This document shows positions 8,485 through 18,237 of a stretch of 64,000 nucleotides of DNA, piece after piece. Source of the stretch: an uncultured candidate division Zixibacteria bacterium. Lineage in GTDB: Bacteria > Zixibacteria > MSB-5A5 > GN15 > FEB-12. Both the position numbers and the translations under genes were made by a program. Positions within the stretch are counted from its first letter, which is position 1. Each line of letters begins with the position of its first letter. The stretch spans positions 352,001-416,000 of the forward strand of contig OY760907.1 in the NCBI GenBank assembly GCA_963664195.1, written 5' to 3'. Below the pieces are notes generated by a model. That model ran no database searches. It saw only the letters and a list, made by a program, of their open reading frames with translations, and was not told the origin of the DNA.

Positions 8485-9856
8485 TTGAGCTCTTTCCGTT
8501 TTTCAACCCGGCCACGGCTTCCTTGAAAGCGCGGCCACGGTGTTCAAAGTTGTCAAACATATCAAAACTGGCACAACCGGGCGACAGCAATACCGTTTCG
8601 CCGGGATGGGCCATCTCAAAACATCTCTTGACTGCATCCTCAAGCGAGTCGGCAAACTCAATCGGGAAGGCCTTGCCCAACACGTCGAACAGCTTTTCGC
8701 GCGCTTCGCCGATAGCAATGATGCTCTTGATCGTTCCCTTGCCGAGTTCAACAAGCGGCGTAAAATCGCCCGCCTTGTCGCGGCCACCCGCTATCAAGTA
8801 AACCGGGTTGTCGAACGAACGTAGCGCCCAGCAGACCGAATCGACATTGGTCGCCTTCGAGTCATTAACAAACGCGACTCCGGCGACCGTGGCGACCTTC
8901 TCCAGCCGATGCTCCACGCCGGGAAAACTCCTCAGTGCGCGCGCCATCGCCTCTGTCGATACACCACACTGCGCAGCGACTGTCACAGCGGCGGCAGCAT
9001 TCTGCAAGTTGTGCGGGCCTTTGATCGCAATTCGGTCACACTCGATCACCTGCCGGGGTTCTCCATCGACTCTTACCCACAGCCAACCGTCGGAGACATA
9101 CGCCGCCGAGTCTTTCTTGTCACGAATGCTGAAAGTCAGCTTCTCAGCGTTGCTCGACGGATTGTCAGCCATGGACTCGTGGTCGTCGCGGTTAAGAATG
9201 AACACGTCACCCTCGGCCTGGTTCTCGGTGATGCGATACTTCGCCTGCTTGTACGCCTCAAAACTGCCGTGGCGATCTATGTGGTCCGGTGTCAGATTCA
9301 GGATGATCGACACGAACGGTCTGAAATCCGCAATTGTTTCCAGTTGGAACGAAGAAACCTCCACCACAGCCACGGACCCCGGATTCATCCGCATGACAAC
9401 CTCGGCCAGCGGACGTCCGATATTGCCGCAGACGTGGGTATCCAGTCCGCCGGCAGTGAGGATTTCGCCTATCAGTGTCGTCGTTGTCGTTTTACCATTC
9501 GACCCGGTAACGGCAACCATCCGCCCCTTGCACAGCCAGGACGCGAATTCGATCTCGGAAAAGATCGGTACGCCCTTGTCGCGGAGTTCCTTCACAATCT
9601 CAACGTGCAATGGAACACCCGGTGAAATCACTACGTAATCGCTGCTGAGTATCCGGTCGCTGTGGCCGTCGGTCTCAAACGGAATGTCGTGCTGACTCAA
9701 CTCGGCGCATCGTTCCTTGAGTGACGCGGCAGAACCGGAGTCGGAGACAAACGGAATCCCACCTCTCTTCAGCGCAACAATCGCCGCCGCCGTACCGGAT
9801 CTCTGCATGCCGAGTACGCCGATCTTTCTACCGTTTATTCGTTCTTCAATCGTCAT
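8465..9856 (-). CDS. murD: UDP-MurNAc-L-Ala--D-glutamate ligase
   Basis: SPGV, VTGSNGKTTT, EVSSFQL, NDSKATN, LSPGCASFD. ATG at 9856 overlaps the mraY stop. Confidence 0.97.
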   Translation of the reverse strand: MTIEERINGRKIGVLGMQRSGTAAAIVALKRGGIPFVSDSGSAASLKERCAELSQHDIPFETDGHSDRILSSDYVVISPGVPLHVEIVKELRDKGVPIFSEIEFASWLCKGRMVAVTGSNGKTTTTTLIGEILTAGGLDTHVCGNIGRPLAEVVMRMNPGSVAVVEVSSFQLETIADFRPFVSIILNLTPDHIDRHGSFEAYKQAKYRITENQAEGDVFILNRDDHESMADNPSSNAEKLTFSIRDKKDSAAYVSDGWLWVRVDGEPRQVIECDRIAIKGPHNLQNAAAAVTVAAQCGVSTEAMARALRSFPGVEHRLEKVATVAGVAFVNDSKATNVDSVCWALRSFDNPVYLIAGGRDKAGDFTPLVELGKGTIKSIIAIGEAREKLFDVLGKAFPIEFADSLEDAVKRCFEMAHPGETVLLSPGCASFDMFDNFEHRGRAFKEAVAGLKNGKSSNETIGS

Positions 9857-10941
9857 CGTATTTTCAACGTCGCCAGAGTTAAGAGTGCAAACAACACACC
9901 GATGATCCAGAACCGGACCACAACTTTCGACTCCGCCCAACCCATCAGTTCAAAGTGATGATGCAACGGAGCCATTTTGAACACTCGTTTGCCGCCACGA
10001 TACTTATATGACAGAACCTGGATTATCACTGAAAGCGTTGTCATCACAAACACGCCACCAACAATAATCAACAGCAGTTCCTTCTTCATCAAAATCGCCA
10101 CTGCTCCAAGCGCTCCTCCCAGAGCCAGCGAACCGGTATCTCCCATGAACACCGAAGCCGGGTGCGAATTGAACCAGAGGAACCCGAGCGACGCACCAAC
10201 CGCCGCTCCGCAGTAAATCGCGAGTTCTCCGGCTCCGGGGAAATACTCGATCTGCAGGTAGCTGGAAAAATCGAGTCGGCCGGTCACGTAAGCAATGCCG
10301 CCAAACGCAAGAAAACAGATCGCACAAAGTCCTATCGCAAGACCGTCGAGACCGTCAGTCAGGTTTACTGCGTTGGAACTGCCGGCGATCACGAAGATCA
10401 CGAACGGAATGTAGAATATCCCCAGGTTCAACACGAGGTTTTTGAAAAACGGAATCCCCGTCGTCCCGTCATACGCGTTCCCCGGCGCGAGGTATTCCAG
10501 GCCAGCCATGAAGAGCACGCCGAGCAATATCTGGCCGATCATTTTCTTGCGCGCCACAAGCCCCTTCGGCTGTTTTTTGATGACTTTCAAATAGTCATCC
10601 ATAAATCCGATTGCGCCGAGCCAGACCGTCACCAGCAGCGTCATCTGGATGAAATAGTTCGAGAGGTCAGCCCAGAGCACCGTTGGTATGACGATGCCTG
10701 CGAGAACAATCAGTCCGCCCATAGTCGGCGTGCCCGCTTTTTTCTGGTGCGACTCGGGACCTTCCTTGCGAATCGTTTCTGCCACTTGGAATCTCTTCAA
10801 CAGGTTGATGAAGAACGGTCCGAGTAGCAAACAGATGATAATCGCCGTTGCGGTCGCTCCGGCCATGCGGAAAGTGATGTACCGGAAAAGGTTCAAGCCG
10901 GAAACATGCTCTGTCAGCGGGTAGAGATACTCGTAGAGCAT
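9853..10941 (-). CDS. mraY: Phospho-MurNAc-pentapeptide transferase
   Basis: KAGTPTMGG, DD, NAVNLTDGLDGL, FMGDTGS, APLHHHFE. Confidence 0.98.
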   Translation of the reverse strand: MLYEYLYPLTEHVSGLNLFRYITFRMAGATATAIIICLLLGPFFINLLKRFQVAETIRKEGPESHQKKAGTPTMGGLIVLAGIVIPTVLWADLSNYFIQMTLLVTVWLGAIGFMDDYLKVIKKQPKGLVARKKMIGQILLGVLFMAGLEYLAPGNAYDGTTGIPFFKNLVLNLGIFYIPFVIFVIAGSSNAVNLTDGLDGLAIGLCAICFLAFGGIAYVTGRLDFSSYLQIEYFPGAGELAIYCGAAVGASLGFLWFNSHPASVFMGDTGSLALGGALGAVAILMKKELLLIIVGGVFVMTTLSVIIQVLSYKYRGGKRVFKMAPLHHHFELMGWAESKVVVRFWIIGVLFALLTLATLKIR

Positions 10942-12329
10942 CAGGCCTTCTCCTCTTCGCCCTGCCAGGCTTTCAACACAGCCTCAAGGCCTATTCCGCG
11001 TGATCCCTTGAGATACACCGTGTCGCCTGCTTTCAGTTCAGACTTCATTTCGGCGATACAGCCATCAACAGACTCACAGTGTCTCAGCCTGTCCGGATAT
11101 CGGCTGATCCTTCGCGCGGTCTCGTGCGCCCGCTTTGACTCGGGACCGACCAGCATTGCGAGATCGAATCTCAGCATGCTCAGTTCACGCCCGATCTCCC
11201 GGTGAAACTTCTCGGACTCCTCGCCAAGTTCCAGCATATCGCCGAGAATGACAATTCGGCGTCCTTTTGCCGGATACTCCGCGAAGGACTTCAACCCGGA
11301 GCGTACAGAATCCGGGTTGGCGTTATAACAGTCAGCCACGAAGTCGATCCCGCCCGCGCTAATAACCTCGCCCCGCATGGGAGCCGTCGAGAGCGAGATA
11401 TTCTGAGTGTCCACACCTTTGAAGCTGTACCCGAGCGTGACCACAATAGCGTAAGCCGCCAGCAGATTGCTGACCTGGTACTGCCCGAAAACCGGCAGAC
11501 GGAACGTATAGCCGTCGATCATCACAAGCGTAGCGCCGGAGTCATCGCACTTGATTGCGTCGGGCATGAAGTCGGCCATAGAGTTAATGCCGAAAGTGAC
11601 GAGATATTCTTTGGCTTCGCGAGCCTCGCGCATCAGCAGCGGGTCATCGGCATTGACAATCAATGGTGCGCCCGACTCGGCAGCTCTGATCAAGTGCAGT
11701 TTTTCTCTCGCGACCGCCTCGACCGTGCCCAGGAATTCCAGATGCGTCGCGCTGATGTTCGTCATTGCTACCAGATGCGGCCTGATGATCCTGGCCAGCT
11801 TCTCCATTTCGCCCGGCACGGAAATTCCTGCCTCCATTATCGCCACACGGGTCTCAGTCGGCATGGCAAACAGGGACAGCGGCATCCCGAACAGATTGTT
11901 GAAATTGCCCGGCGAGCGATAGACCTTCGACTCTACCGCGCTGAGCAGACGATAGGTGAATTCCTTCGTGGTCGTCTTTCCGTTCGAGCCGGTAATACTG
12001 ACACGCCTGGCTTTGAGCGTATCGAGGTATGCCTTTGCGAGTCTGAGCATAGCATCATGGCTATCATCGACCCTGACACTCACTGCGTCTCCGGGGATCT
12101 CACCTGCCCAGCGCGTGTCGGAGACAACACCGGCAGCGCCGCGCTCGACCGCTTCGTCGATGAACTCGTGGCCGTCAAATCGCTCACCGCGAATGGCAAA
12201 AAACAACGCGCCCCGCTCAATCGTGCGGCTGTCGACCGAGACACCCGTAAACGTCCTCGCGGCCACACCCTGATCGACCAGTTTTCCGCCGGTCATGCCT
12301 GCCAGTTGTTCAAAGCTCAACGTAATCAC
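10941..12329 (-). CDS. murF: UDP-MurNAc-tripeptide--D-Ala-D-Ala ligase
   Basis: DSR, ITGSNGKTTTKE, DCYNANP, LGDMLELG, KGSRG. Confidence 0.96.
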   Translation of the reverse strand: MITLSFEQLAGMTGGKLVDQGVAARTFTGVSVDSRTIERGALFFAIRGERFDGHEFIDEAVERGAAGVVSDTRWAGEIPGDAVSVRVDDSHDAMLRLAKAYLDTLKARRVSITGSNGKTTTKEFTYRLLSAVESKVYRSPGNFNNLFGMPLSLFAMPTETRVAIMEAGISVPGEMEKLARIIRPHLVAMTNISATHLEFLGTVEAVAREKLHLIRAAESGAPLIVNADDPLLMREAREAKEYLVTFGINSMADFMPDAIKCDDSGATLVMIDGYTFRLPVFGQYQVSNLLAAYAIVVTLGYSFKGVDTQNISLSTAPMRGEVISAGGIDFVADCYNANPDSVRSGLKSFAEYPAKGRRIVILGDMLELGEESEKFHREIGRELSMLRFDLAMLVGPESKRAHETARRISRYPDRLRHCESVDGCIAEMKSELKAGDTVYLKGSRGIGLEAVLKAWQGEEEKA

Positions 12330-13810
12330 TGCTCCTCGGTATTCTCCTCGCCCGCGTATCCAAGATCGGCAAGCGCTTTTCTCGCCACCGCAAACTCATC
12401 GTACGGCTCCTTGACACCGTTCACTTCCTGATAGGTCTCCGAACCCTTGCCCGCCAACAACACCGTGTCGCCCTCTGAGGCCCTTCCAAGTAAGGCCCGG
12501 ATGGCTTCGTTGCGGTCGGCTATGATTTCGAAGTCTTCGCCGGATAGTCCCGGCAAAATGTCCTCGATAATATCCTGCGGGTTCTCGGAACGCGGGTTGT
12601 CCGAAGTTACCACCACATAGTCAGCGTTTTCGGTCGCCGCACGTCCCATCAGCGGACGTTTTCCTCGGTCACGGTCACCTCCGCAGCCAAACATCAGCAA
12701 CAGTTTGCCCTCGGTCAGTTCGCGAGCCGTTTCACACAGACGCATGATTGCATCCGAGGTGTGGGCGAAATCAACATACACGGCAAACGGCTGTCCGCAC
12801 TTGATCGGGTGCAACCGCCCGGCCACCGGCTCGGCAGCTTCGAGACCGCGTACCACGTTGTCGACGTCAACTCCACAGGCCAATCCTCCGGCTGCCGCCG
12901 CCAGAGCATTCTGCAAATTGAAGCGTCCGGGGAGCTTAAGACTAATGGTGCGATTCCCCATCGGCGTCACGAGGTCAAAGGTCGTTCCTTCCTGTTTCAA
13001 CTCGTAGTTGCTGCAGTAAACATCGGCTTTGCTGTCGCTGAGCGAATAGCTCATATCCGAGCAGTCAAGCTCGCCGAACAACGGACGGAATTCCTCGACG
13101 TCAAGATTGATCACCGCATAGCTGAGCGGCCCGTGCAGCTTCTTCAGCAGGAGCTTTTTCGCTTCGAGGTACTCTTCCATGTCGCTGTGGAAATCGAGGT
13201 GATCTCGTGTCAGATTCGTGTAGACCGCCACCCGAAAGTCTATGTTGTCCACCCGGTGTAGCGCCAGCGCGTGGGAGGAAACCTCAATCACCGCATTCAC
13301 ACAGTAATTCTTCTTCATCAGGAACAGAAGACGTTGCACATCAAGCGATTCCGGCGTCGTCCGGTCAGCTCTGAATTTCTCTTTGCTCGTATCGTACACC
13401 TGCGACGTAATCAATCCGGTAGTCTTATTGCGGGCCTCCAGAATGTGCTTTATCAAAAAACAGGTCGTGGTTTTGCCGTTGGTTCCGGTGACCCCGCACG
13501 CTTTGATGCGATCTCCGGGGTTGCCGTAAAACAGCGCGGAGACGTCGGACATCGCCTTGCGGATATTCGGTACCTGGATATGAGTGTCGATTCCGGGGCA
13601 TGCCGATCGCTCACCCATAACCGCAATCGCGCCGTTGGCTGTTGCCTGCTCGACGTAATCGTAGCCGTCGACCGCATATCCCTTCACGGCAAAAAACAAC
13701 CCTCCGGCTTTGATTTCCCGTGAGTCGTATTCTATCTGGGCGATCTCTATGTCCGCGTTGCCGCTGACGATCGCGTCCGGTACTGCCTTGAGAATCTCTG
13801 TAAGCTTGAT
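12326..13810 (-). CDS. murE: UDP-MurNAc-dipeptide--amino acid ligase MurE (apparent ATC start)
   Basis: GVTGTNGKTTT, TTP, EVSSH, DHLDFH, FGCGGDRD, DNPR (DAP-type). The typical N-terminus IKLTEILKAV...YDSRE lies 37 codons upstream of the first canonical start (TTG 13699). Confidence 0.93.
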   Translation of the reverse strand: MKLTEILKAVPDAIVSGNADIEIAQIEYDSREIKAGGLFFAVKGYAVDGYDYVEQATANGAIAVMGERSACPGIDTHIQVPNIRKAMSDVSALFYGNPGDRIKACGVTGTNGKTTTCFLIKHILEARNKTTGLITSQVYDTSKEKFRADRTTPESLDVQRLLFLMKKNYCVNAVIEVSSHALALHRVDNIDFRVAVYTNLTRDHLDFHSDMEEYLEAKKLLLKKLHGPLSYAVINLDVEEFRPLFGELDCSDMSYSLSDSKADVYCSNYELKQEGTTFDLVTPMGNRTISLKLPGRFNLQNALAAAAGGLACGVDVDNVVRGLEAAEPVAGRLHPIKCGQPFAVYVDFAHTSDAIMRLCETARELTEGKLLLMFGCGGDRDRGKRPLMGRAATENADYVVVTSDNPRSENPQDIIEDILPGLSGEDFEIIADRNEAIRALLGRASEGDTVLLAGKGSETYQEVNGVKEPYDEFAVARKALADLGYAGEENTEEQ

Positions 13811-13826
13811 CTTCCCTAACCTCGAT

Positions 13827-15905
13827 TCATGACGGCCGACAGGTCAGCCGACAGGTCTGTCCCTCAGTGATCGTTTCTCCGGGACGAATCGACTGCTTTT
13901 TGATCCGTCCGGTGCCCTCGATTTCATATTCCAGGCCGACATGCTCCAAAAAAGCGGCTGCCTTTCGGACTGTCAGTCCTTTCAAGTCTATCATGCCGGT
14001 CTGTTCTTCACCGGGGGGCGCGACCGCGACAACAACCTCATCATCGCACATGATCAGCCGATCCGGTGCCGGAAACTGCCAGACAACGGTTCCCTCCTTG
14101 GCCGAACAACGAATCTTCACGCCGCGTTTTTCTGCAAGCATCTTTGCCTGTATCAGATCGCGCCCGATCATGTCGGGAGTTTTGGCGGTAATATCCAACC
14201 GCTTCGTGTTTTCAGCAAACGTCCGATCCGCCACTTCAAACAAGTCCGGGTTCGACACGGTGTACCGCTCGGCGATTTTCCTGAACGCCACTCCCGAGGT
14301 GTACCCACCGTACGTAATCGGCTTCGGATTCTTCAATACGACAATACCCGCAATCAACGGTTTGTCGCTCGGGAAAAAGCCACAGAAGCTGGCCGTGAAC
14401 CGGTGACGGTAATAACCGCCGGTCTCAAGATTCGGAATCTGGCCTGTTCCGGTCTTGCCCGAAATCTTTACAAACTCGGAATTCACCGGGGTGGCCGTGC
14501 CCTCTTCGACAACACCGCGAAGAAACGCCCTCAGTGAATCGGCAGAGCTGGCCTTCAGTGCCCTTCCGAGCACCTCGCGCCTGGCCGTACGTTTCACACA
14601 GCCGTTGTCCTCTACATTCCCCAGCACCAGTTGCGGCTGGAGCAGTTCGCCGCCGTTGGCTATCGCCGCCATGGCCGTTGCCATTTGCAGCGCGTTCACG
14701 GCCACCGAGTGGCCCATCGCCAGCGCGGCCACGTTGTAGTCGGACCAAACAGCCGGCTTGGCCAGATGACCGGAGGTCTCGCCCGGAAGGCCACAGCCGA
14801 GTTTCTGTCCGAATCCAAACTTTCGATAGGTATCCATCACCGCGTTGGCGTCCATCTGAATCACGCACTTGCCCAAACCGATATTGCTCGACAGTTCGAT
14901 CACTTTGCGAAAACTCAGCCAGCCCTTTTCCTTGTCATCGTGCAGCGTGCGACGGCCGACCTTCCACTTGCCCATCTCGCAATAGATCGAGTCCTGAAAA
15001 TCGATCATCCCGGCGTCGAGAAGCGCGGCAGCAGTAAACGGCTTAAACGATGACCCCGGCTCAAACTGGTCGGTCACGGCACACAGTTTCACCGGACGGT
15101 TCGGATGCTTCTCGTCGGGGTCGTAATGGGCCATCGCCAGGATGTCGCCGCTGTTGCAATCAACAAATACGGCCATGCCGGACTGGGCGTTGTACTTCTC
15201 GACCGCCGTCCGAAGCTCGTCCTGCACTACCTCCTGAAGCTGCCAGTCCACTGTCAGTACCACCGACTGTCCGGGAACTGGCTTCACCAAAGCCGCTTCT
15301 TTTACCCGGAAAGTGTGACGCAGGCCGTCGCGCCGAATGTCAGCCCATCCGGATTTGCCGGAAAGAGCCGAATCGCAGGCCAGTTCAAAACCGGAAAGCC
15401 CCTCGTTGTCAATATTGGTAAATCCGAGAATCTGCTTGCCCACCTGGCCGAATGGATACTCGCGGGACGTTTCATTGCGAAGATACAATCCGCGCGGCGC
15501 CTCATCGGCGATACGGTTGGCCAGCTTGTCGTCAAGACGGCGTTTTATCCAGCGGAACCGTTTCGGCTGGAGCCGGAACTGTTTGATCGCCTGCGATCGC
15601 GACAGCCCGAACACTTTGCCAAGGTAATCGGCATCCTTGTTCATCTCGGTCTTGGAATCCGGATGAGCATACAACGACGCGCGGGTCACATTCTTGGCCA
15701 CGAGGTTTCCGTGACGGTCGTATACCATGCCGCGTTCGGCGGGAATCGGGATCTTGCCGGAGGACTGACGTTCTACCACCTCGCTGTATGGTGCCGCCCA
15801 GACGATCTGGAACTGCGCAAGACGAACCACCACGACGGCAAAAAACAAGGCAATGCCGATCATCAAGGCGCCGAGTCTGAGTCTTTCCTGGCGAGTCCGT
15901 TTCAC
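13827..15905 (-). CDS. ftsI: Class B PBP (FtsI-like) with two C-terminal PASTA-like domains
   Basis: N-terminal TM, RG.VYDR, EPGSSFK (SxxK), SSN, KTGT; PDMIG/IDLKG PASTA-like starts. Confidence 0.93.
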   Translation of the reverse strand: MKRTRQERLRLGALMIGIALFFAVVVVRLAQFQIVWAAPYSEVVERQSSGKIPIPAERGMVYDRHGNLVAKNVTRASLYAHPDSKTEMNKDADYLGKVFGLSRSQAIKQFRLQPKRFRWIKRRLDDKLANRIADEAPRGLYLRNETSREYPFGQVGKQILGFTNIDNEGLSGFELACDSALSGKSGWADIRRDGLRHTFRVKEAALVKPVPGQSVVLTVDWQLQEVVQDELRTAVEKYNAQSGMAVFVDCNSGDILAMAHYDPDEKHPNRPVKLCAVTDQFEPGSSFKPFTAAALLDAGMIDFQDSIYCEMGKWKVGRRTLHDDKEKGWLSFRKVIELSSNIGLGKCVIQMDANAVMDTYRKFGFGQKLGCGLPGETSGHLAKPAVWSDYNVAALAMGHSVAVNALQMATAMAAIANGGELLQPQLVLGNVEDNGCVKRTARREVLGRALKASSADSLRAFLRGVVEEGTATPVNSEFVKISGKTGTGQIPNLETGGYYRHRFTASFCGFFPSDKPLIAGIVVLKNPKPITYGGYTSGVAFRKIAERYTVSNPDLFEVADRTFAENTKRLDITAKTPDMIGRDLIQAKMLAEKRGVKIRCSAKEGTVVWQFPAPDRLIMCDDEVVVAVAPPGEEQTGMIDLKGLTVRKAAAFLEHVGLEYEIEGTGRIKKQSIRPGETITEGQTCRLTCRPS

Positions 15906-16399
15906 TGGTCGTCCCCCTCGGATTCGTTGGCCTCCAACCGGATAGGCTGAAGCTCGGTGGCGTTGGCCTGAGTCTCGGTCAGCACCGGCAGATATCTGGC
16001 AACACGTTTGATCGAGGAGAGCATAGTAGAAAGATCATCACCACCGGATTCACGCGCAGCTTCCGGCACCAGTGTATAGAGATGGTCCGGAGTAACGCGT
16101 CTCATGCCAAGGCTGTCGACCGCATACTGTTCAATACGGGCAGACATGGAGAGAGCCGCGATATCGGTTTCAACCTTTTCGCAGCCATCGATTAGGCCGC
16201 GATTCTCCTTCTCAAGGAGCGCGACTTCCGTGACCAGCCCGAGTACCACCACCCGCTGGTAAATATGGACTGAAGCCACGAGGAGCAGGATTGCTGCCAC
16301 CACCGAAATCGGGAAATACTTATGCCCCTTGATCCGGTTGATCGGCAGAGAACGGAACTCCAGGGTCTCCTTGAATTTGCGAACGGAGCGCGCCTTCAT
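15902..16399 (-). CDS. ftsL: FtsL-like protein
   Basis: Single TM, coiled coil, RIEQYAVDSLGM; position between rsmH and ftsI. Confidence 0.75.
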   Translation of the reverse strand: MKARSVRKFKETLEFRSLPINRIKGHKYFPISVVAAILLLVASVHIYQRVVVLGLVTEVALLEKENRGLIDGCEKVETDIAALSMSARIEQYAVDSLGMRRVTPDHLYTLVPEAARESGGDDLSTMLSSIKRVARYLPVLTETQANATELQPIRLEANESEGDDQ

Positions 16400-17346
16400 A
16401 CTAATCTCTCCGCGACACGCAAACGAGCCGAACGGGCACGCGGGTTGTCATCCACCTCAATCTCTGTCGGCAGAACCGGCTTGCGAGTGAGAATCTTCAG
16501 CATCGGCGTTGCCCCGCAGACGCAGGCCGGAAGATCTGCCGGACAAGTGCAGCGGCCCTTGGCCTCGGCCTGGAAAAACCGCTTCACGATCCGATCTTCA
16601 AGTGAATGATAAGCAATCACCACCAGGCGACCACCGGGGTTGAGAAGACTCAGGGCGGCAGGAAGAACGTTTTCGAGTTGTTCCAACTCGCGATTGACCG
16701 CTATGCGCAGGGCCTGAAAGACACGCGCCAGAGATTTGTTCTGATGGGGCGGACGAACGACCGAAAGAACGATCTCTTTCAATTGTCCCGTTGTGAGGAT
16801 CATGCCTTTTTGTCTTTCCATGACAATCGCCCGTGCTATCCTTGCAGCCTGTCGTTCCTCGCCAAGATGCTTTATGATCCCCTTCAGCTCCCGCTCGCCA
16901 AGGGTATTAACCAGGTCCTTCGCCGTGACCCGACCGCCCGGGTCGAGCCGCATATCAAGCGGTCCTTCAAACCGAAACGAGATGCCCCGTTCGGGATCGT
17001 CCAACTGATCGGATGAAATTCCCAGGTCAAGAAGGATACCGTCAAACGCTCTCTCCTTCAGCTGATCCACCGCCGTGGCAATAGAGCCGAACGGCGACCT
17101 GACCAGACCTTTGAACTGCTCTACCGACTCAAGCGCTTTGGTGGTGCGCTCGATGGCAGCCGCATCACAGTCAACCCCATATATCCGGGCCTTGCTGTCG
17201 AGACGTGCCGCCAGCGCTTTCATGTGGCCCCCGCCTCCTGCGGTCAGGTCAAGGTAAGCGCCCCGTGTATCGGTCAACAGAAACTCTACCACCTCGCCAG
17301 CCATGACCGGCAAGTGGTGATGGTCTTCACTCTTTTGTGCGACCAT
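16396..17346 (-). CDS. rsmH: 16S rRNA m4C1402 methyltransferase
   Basis: HLPVM, DLTAGGGGH, LDLGISS, PLDMR, FQALRIAVN, HSLEDR, NPRARSA. Confidence 0.97.
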   Translation of the reverse strand: MVAQKSEDHHHLPVMAGEVVEFLLTDTRGAYLDLTAGGGGHMKALAARLDSKARIYGVDCDAAAIERTTKALESVEQFKGLVRSPFGSIATAVDQLKERAFDGILLDLGISSDQLDDPERGISFRFEGPLDMRLDPGGRVTAKDLVNTLGERELKGIIKHLGEERQAARIARAIVMERQKGMILTTGQLKEIVLSVVRPPHQNKSLARVFQALRIAVNRELEQLENVLPAALSLLNPGGRLVVIAYHSLEDRIVKRFFQAEAKGRCTCPADLPACVCGATPMLKILTRKPVLPTEIEVDDNPRARSARLRVAERLV

Positions 17347-17800
17347 CGCCGGAAAACAACCTCGCAGCCACTTCCTCGTAACTGCCGGCATACTGTTCCA
17401 GGTAATACTTGAGCAATTGTGGGTTCCAGATTTCGATAGAGCGATTGACGCCGATCACGGTCAGTTCCTTCTGGAGGTTGGCGTCCTGTATCAGGTGGGA
17501 CGGAATCAGAATTCTGCCGTTCTTGTCAGGAGTAACCGGAGCAGCCAGCGAGTAAAAGCGACGACTGAAAGACCGGTAGGACTTATCAGTAAAATCGAGA
17601 GTTGAGAGCTTCTCCTGAATCGAAGTCCATTCCGATTCAGGATAAACACTGAGGCAGCCCTCAAGTCCCTTGGTGAGGAATACATCCCCTTCCAGCAACG
17701 GTTTCCCGTCGTCGTCCAAAACAGCGCGGAGCTTGGCCGGCAGGATACAACGTCCTTTTGCATCCATCGTTGTTGTGTACCGACCATAGAACCCGGTCAT
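17327..17800 (-). CDS. mraZ: Transcriptional repressor MraZ
   Basis: Two DxKGR/DKNGR motifs and EIW; first gene of the dcw cluster; GGAG SD before ATG at 17800. Confidence 0.95.
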   Translation of the reverse strand: MTGFYGRYTTTMDAKGRCILPAKLRAVLDDDGKPLLEGDVFLTKGLEGCLSVYPESEWTSIQEKLSTLDFTDKSYRSFSRRFYSLAAPVTPDKNGRILIPSHLIQDANLQKELTVIGVNRSIEIWNPQLLKYYLEQYAGSYEEVAARLFSGDGRTKE

Positions 17801-17806
17801 GGGATT

Positions 17807-17832
17807 CTCCACTTTCTACCACATTTACCCAA
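17807..17832 (-). promoter_or_regulatory. MraZ-binding direct repeats
   Basis: TTGGGT-aaat-GTGGTA-gaaa-GTGGAG: three TGG repeats at 10-nt period directly upstream of mraZ, matching the known MraZ operator architecture. Confidence 0.75.
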
Positions 17833-18179
17833 AAGACGCTATCAATAAACACCGACGCCCCACATCAAGTCAAGCTTTTTCTCACGGAAAATCTCAAATC
17901 CCAGGGACTTAACTGCAAATAAGACAATGAGTAATGAGAAGACACATTGCTCGATTTGCAACCTGTTGCAGGACACCGAGGAACAGGACCATACTTAGAG
18001 TGCCATTTTCTGACGATTCTCCGACTATCGGCCCATACTGTATAGACTTATTCCCACTAAATCGCCGCCATTCGAGCCGGAAAAACTTTCCCACAGAAAA
18101 AGAACGCTCTCACGTAATCGACTAAACAAGAACATGTTACGGCAATTCACTCTCTTATTTCACCCCCGGTTGGCTCGCA

Positions 18180-18195
18180 GGGTATCCGGATTGCA
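18180..18195 (+). promoter_or_regulatory. Possible sigma54 promoter for the C25 peptidase gene
   Basis: G-GG-N10-GC-A with a TTGCA -12 element; the -24 element deviates from TGGCAC. Confidence 0.25.
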
Positions 18196-18237
18196 CTTAA
18201 GGGTTCGGGTTCAACCTGAAACACGGGGTGATTTGGA

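Noticed and set aside
1606..17257. Long plus-strand ORFs over the dcw cluster (e.g. 4058-4963, 8808-9638, 11202-12431, 15105-15950)
   Set aside because: Antisense shadows of well-supported genes in GC-rich DNA, with no recognisable motifs.
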